Source of the DNA: Rhizaria sp. SCN 62-66
Lineage: Eukaryota
Reading direction: 5' to 3'
DNA length: 59,521 bases
NCBI GenBank assembly: GCA_001724265.1
Contig: MEDY01000160.1
Location: forward strand, 1 to 59,521
The notes under the pieces are model-generated. The model worked only from the letters and a program-made list of their open reading frames with translations. It did no database searches and was not told the origin of the DNA. The translations under genes and the position numbers were made by a program. Position 1 is the stretch's first letter. Every line of letters begins with the position of its first letter. Shown here piece by piece: positions 56,801 through 59,521 of the stretch.

Positions 56801-59489
56801 TGCGGAGAGTAACGACGATGGTAGTGATGGAGGAGACGACGAGAGCGACAATGATCAACAGAGTGGTGATCTGACCGATGATGCTCCTGCTCTGACACAG
56901 ACTCAGTCCCAGACTAGCGTTGCAGGTGCGACAGAGTCTGATGCCGTCATCGAGGTTGATACCGACACCGCTACCGCCGCTGCCGTTCGTTTCATTGCCG
57001 ACTCTCTGTGCACCATCAACTTCACTACCCTGGTCAACAGTCCCATCCGCACCCCATTTGAGTTCCCCGCCACCGCCCACGGTTACTCGGGTTTCGCTGC
57101 CCACGGCCACCACCTGTTTGGCCTGGGCGCACACGGGCCGCTCTCTCGGCCCAATGCGCCGGTTACTGTGCCCGCCTCCGCTTCTGTCGTCTCCGCCTCT
57201 AACGCCGCCGCCGCTGCTGCGGCCGCTGCGGCCGCTGCTCTTAGTTCGAGTTCGAGCGCGAACGAAGGAGGGAGCAGCCTTATCAGCATCGGCACAGTCG
57301 GTGCGGCCGCCGCTGCCGCCGCGGCCTCAGCCGCCGCTGCCTCTGCCGCTGCGACCGCCTCTGCCGCCGCTGCTAACTCAAGCTCTGCGTTCAACAGCTC
57401 TAATGCCTCTGCCTCTGCCGCAGCTGCGGCCGCGGCCGCCTCTGCCGCCTCCGCTGCCGCAGCTGCAGCTGCCGCGGCCGCTGGCATTAACACTGCTTCC
57501 ATGCCCAGCTCCCAGCATCTGCAGTCGCCGCCGCTGGCGTCGTCGCCGTCGCTGATTCTATCGACTGGCGGCAGCGGCCGTGGCCCGTTCTTCGGTGTTC
57601 ACATCGGCTCCCCCACATCTCCCTCCCTGAGCTACAATAGTAGCGCGAACGCCAACATTCCTGGCTATGCGTTGAGCAGTGGCGCAGGCTCAGGCGCTGC
57701 CGGCGTCACCACCGGCGGTAGCGCGCGCGCTCTCTCCGTCGGCGGCGCAGCCCACCCCCTGCGGTCACACGTCACCACCCACTGGTGCCCCCCGCTGCTG
57801 CTGCCGGTCATTCCCGCCTCGCACCTGCCGCCCTCGGCGCTGCTGCTGCCGCCGACCGTGGCCTCCACGCACGTGCTGCCCACCTCGGTCGCCGCCGCGG
57901 GCACCGTCGACGCGGACGCCTTCCCGCCCGCGCCGCTCACCCTGCCCGAGGGCCCGTCAGCCGCCGCCTCGGCGACCGGCAGCGGGGCTGCGGGTTCGGG
58001 GGCGGCACGGGCGGGGGCGTGGCCCGCCGCGTCGCTCGCCGGCGCTCCGCTGCTGACCGGCCCCGCCCCGCCGCCCGCCGTGGCCGCCGCGGCCGTCGCT
58101 GCGCTGGCTGCGGGCCCCCGCGGCGCCGTCGTCTGCGGCGGCCTCCAGCCTGCAGCGAACGCCACGGCAGCCTCGACAGCGACTGCGGCATCGACGGCAG
58201 CGGGGGCGGGGGCGCTGGCGTTCACGTCCGACGGCCAGCTCATCACCCGGCCGCTGCCGCTCGCGGCCGTGCTCGCGGCCGCTGCTGCCGCGGCGGCCGC
58301 GGCTGCTGCGGCGGTGGCCGCCTCCACCTCGTCCTCATCGTCGTCCTACACCGAGGGCGGCGGCAGCAGCGGCGGCTGGGGCGGCGGCCACGGGCCCAAC
58401 GCCGAGTCGGCCGCTCTGGCAGCCGCGGTGGCCGAGGAGGCGGCCGCGGCCGGGGTCGACTCGCCCTACGCGTACGCCGTCGCGGCGGCGGCTGCGGCGG
58501 CCGAGGCTGCTTCAGCTGCGGCCGCGGCGGCCACTGCAGCTGACCCCGGCTCCGAGGCCGGGTCGAGCATCGGGGCTCTCGGCGGCGGCAACCGCCGGAA
58601 TTTCATGGGGTCGAACGGCACTCGCCACGCGTCTGCCAGCTCGATCAGCGGTACCCACGGGTTACATAACAGTACCCGCGACGGCGACAGCTTCGGCGAC
58701 GCGTACAGCTACGGCGACGACGCCCACGGTAGCGGTGATTATCAGAGCAGCACCGGCAACAAGGGCATCTTCCGCGGCTCCGGCGCAGGCCCCCGCCACG
58801 CCGGCAGCGCCAACGGCCGCGGCGGCGCGCAGTCGAGCCTCAGCGCGGTGGCCGCCGCCGCCAAGGACGGCTCGCTGCCGTGCTATGTGTCGTGCCCGCT
58901 GCCCCCGCTGGCCGCGGCAGCCACGGGCGCGCCGCTGCTGCCCGCTCTGCTGGCCCCGCCCCGCGCGCTGTGGGAGGTTCTGCTAGACCCGGTCACCGCG
59001 CTCACCAACGCTATCCTCGCTCTCCTGCCGGCAGAGGATGAGGACTCCACCAGTATAAACCCCAGCGAGGCTGCTGATGTTAACAAAAGCGAAAACAGCA
59101 ATAACACTGGAGCCCGTTTTGCGTGCACGTGCCCGACTCCTGGTTTGCGGCTCCACCTGCGCCCACCGCTGCCGCCCCCGCCTGCGGTCTGGCTGTCCCG
59201 GGCTACGCGGCTTACGGTCAGCTGGACCTCCGAGGGCACGTCGTGTTTCCCGTCCGTGCTGCGCGCGCTGCCCGCCTACGCCGCGCCCGACCGCACGCTC
59301 GGCGCCTTCCTCGCCACGCACTGGTTCTCGCGCCCCAAGTGCCTCTCGTCTCGCTGCGGCCGCGACGCGCTGCGCCACACCGCCGCGCTGCTGCTGCCGC
59401 ACGGCCGCGTTGTCATTAGAGCGCGCAGGCTCCCCTCGGCCGGCGGCGGCGGCGGCCGCGGCGCCGGCGCGGGCGGCGGCTCGGCCTAC

Positions 59490-59520
<31 letters not shown>

Positions 59521-59521
59521 T
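50865..59521 (+). CDS. PIKFYVE: Fab1/PIKfyve phosphatidylinositol-3-phosphate 5-kinase, 5' part (runs off the window; kinase domain not included)
   Basis: Frame from ATG 50865 appears open to the window end (no ORF-track entry terminates in this frame; spot checks at 52047 and 59289 are in frame). FYVE: WASDSASTACAACAKSFGVFRRRHHCRLCGRVFCAGC...VRACTRC (52062-52240). CCT-like domain: DPRDYVTVLPVPGGRVKDSARVSGLV...LARCTGA...TLLVFDGCDPRAWATVVLRG..LKHVLSVSVFAAYALRLEG. Cys/His region DRTLGAFL...C..RC....H.....HGRVVI (59289-59420). Confidence 0.92.
52407..52448 (+). repeat. (CAGTCT)n coding hexamer repeat, encoding (QS)7 in Fab1
   Basis: Six perfect units plus one variant, following CAG-rich polyQ tracts. 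Confidence 0.95.

Noticed and set aside
5650-59521. Apparent cluster of membrane-trafficking genes (GNPTAB, AP2A, ArfGAP, Fab1)
   Set aside because: Interspersed with unrelated housekeeping genes; such genes are common, so chance co-location suffices.
1-59521. rRNA, tRNA, CRISPR arrays, transposase or retroelement ORFs, telomeric repeats
   Set aside because: None recognised by eye; all repeats are simple tandem microsatellites without spacers. Small ncRNAs cannot be excluded without a covariance-model search.

Overview
Gene-dense nuclear DNA of a eukaryote, probably a flagellated protist; the lineage cannot be fixed from sequence alone. GC-rich exons alternate with AT-rich intergenic spacers and short GT-AG introns (106-271 nt, donor consensus GTACGT). 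I built 15 gene models by hand: an unknown coiled-coil protein, a Nudix hydrolase, a giant GNPTAB-like Stealth phosphotransferase, a cytochrome-b5 front-end desaturase, an RHL1-like (topoisomerase VI accessory) protein, a second unknown coiled-coil protein, mitochondrial aspartate aminotransferase, a Chibby-like protein, AP-2 alpha-adaptin, Msp1/ATAD1, a small secreted Cys-rich protein, an ArfGAP, PAAF1/Rpn14, CIAO1/Cia1 and the 5' part of Fab1/PIKfyve. Fab1/PIKfyve is absent from the ORF track because it runs off the window. The most notable signal concerns TAG. Two genes are each interrupted by a single in-frame TAG with the frame continuing perfectly, in one case across a splice junction. 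Read through those TAGs, all 14 complete models end in TAA (6) or TGA (8). This suggests UAG may be decoded as sense (reassignment, readthrough or editing), though nonsense alleles or consensus errors are not excluded. Many conserved proteins are roughly doubled in length by microsatellite-derived insertions. Family assignments rest on motif recall, not database searches.
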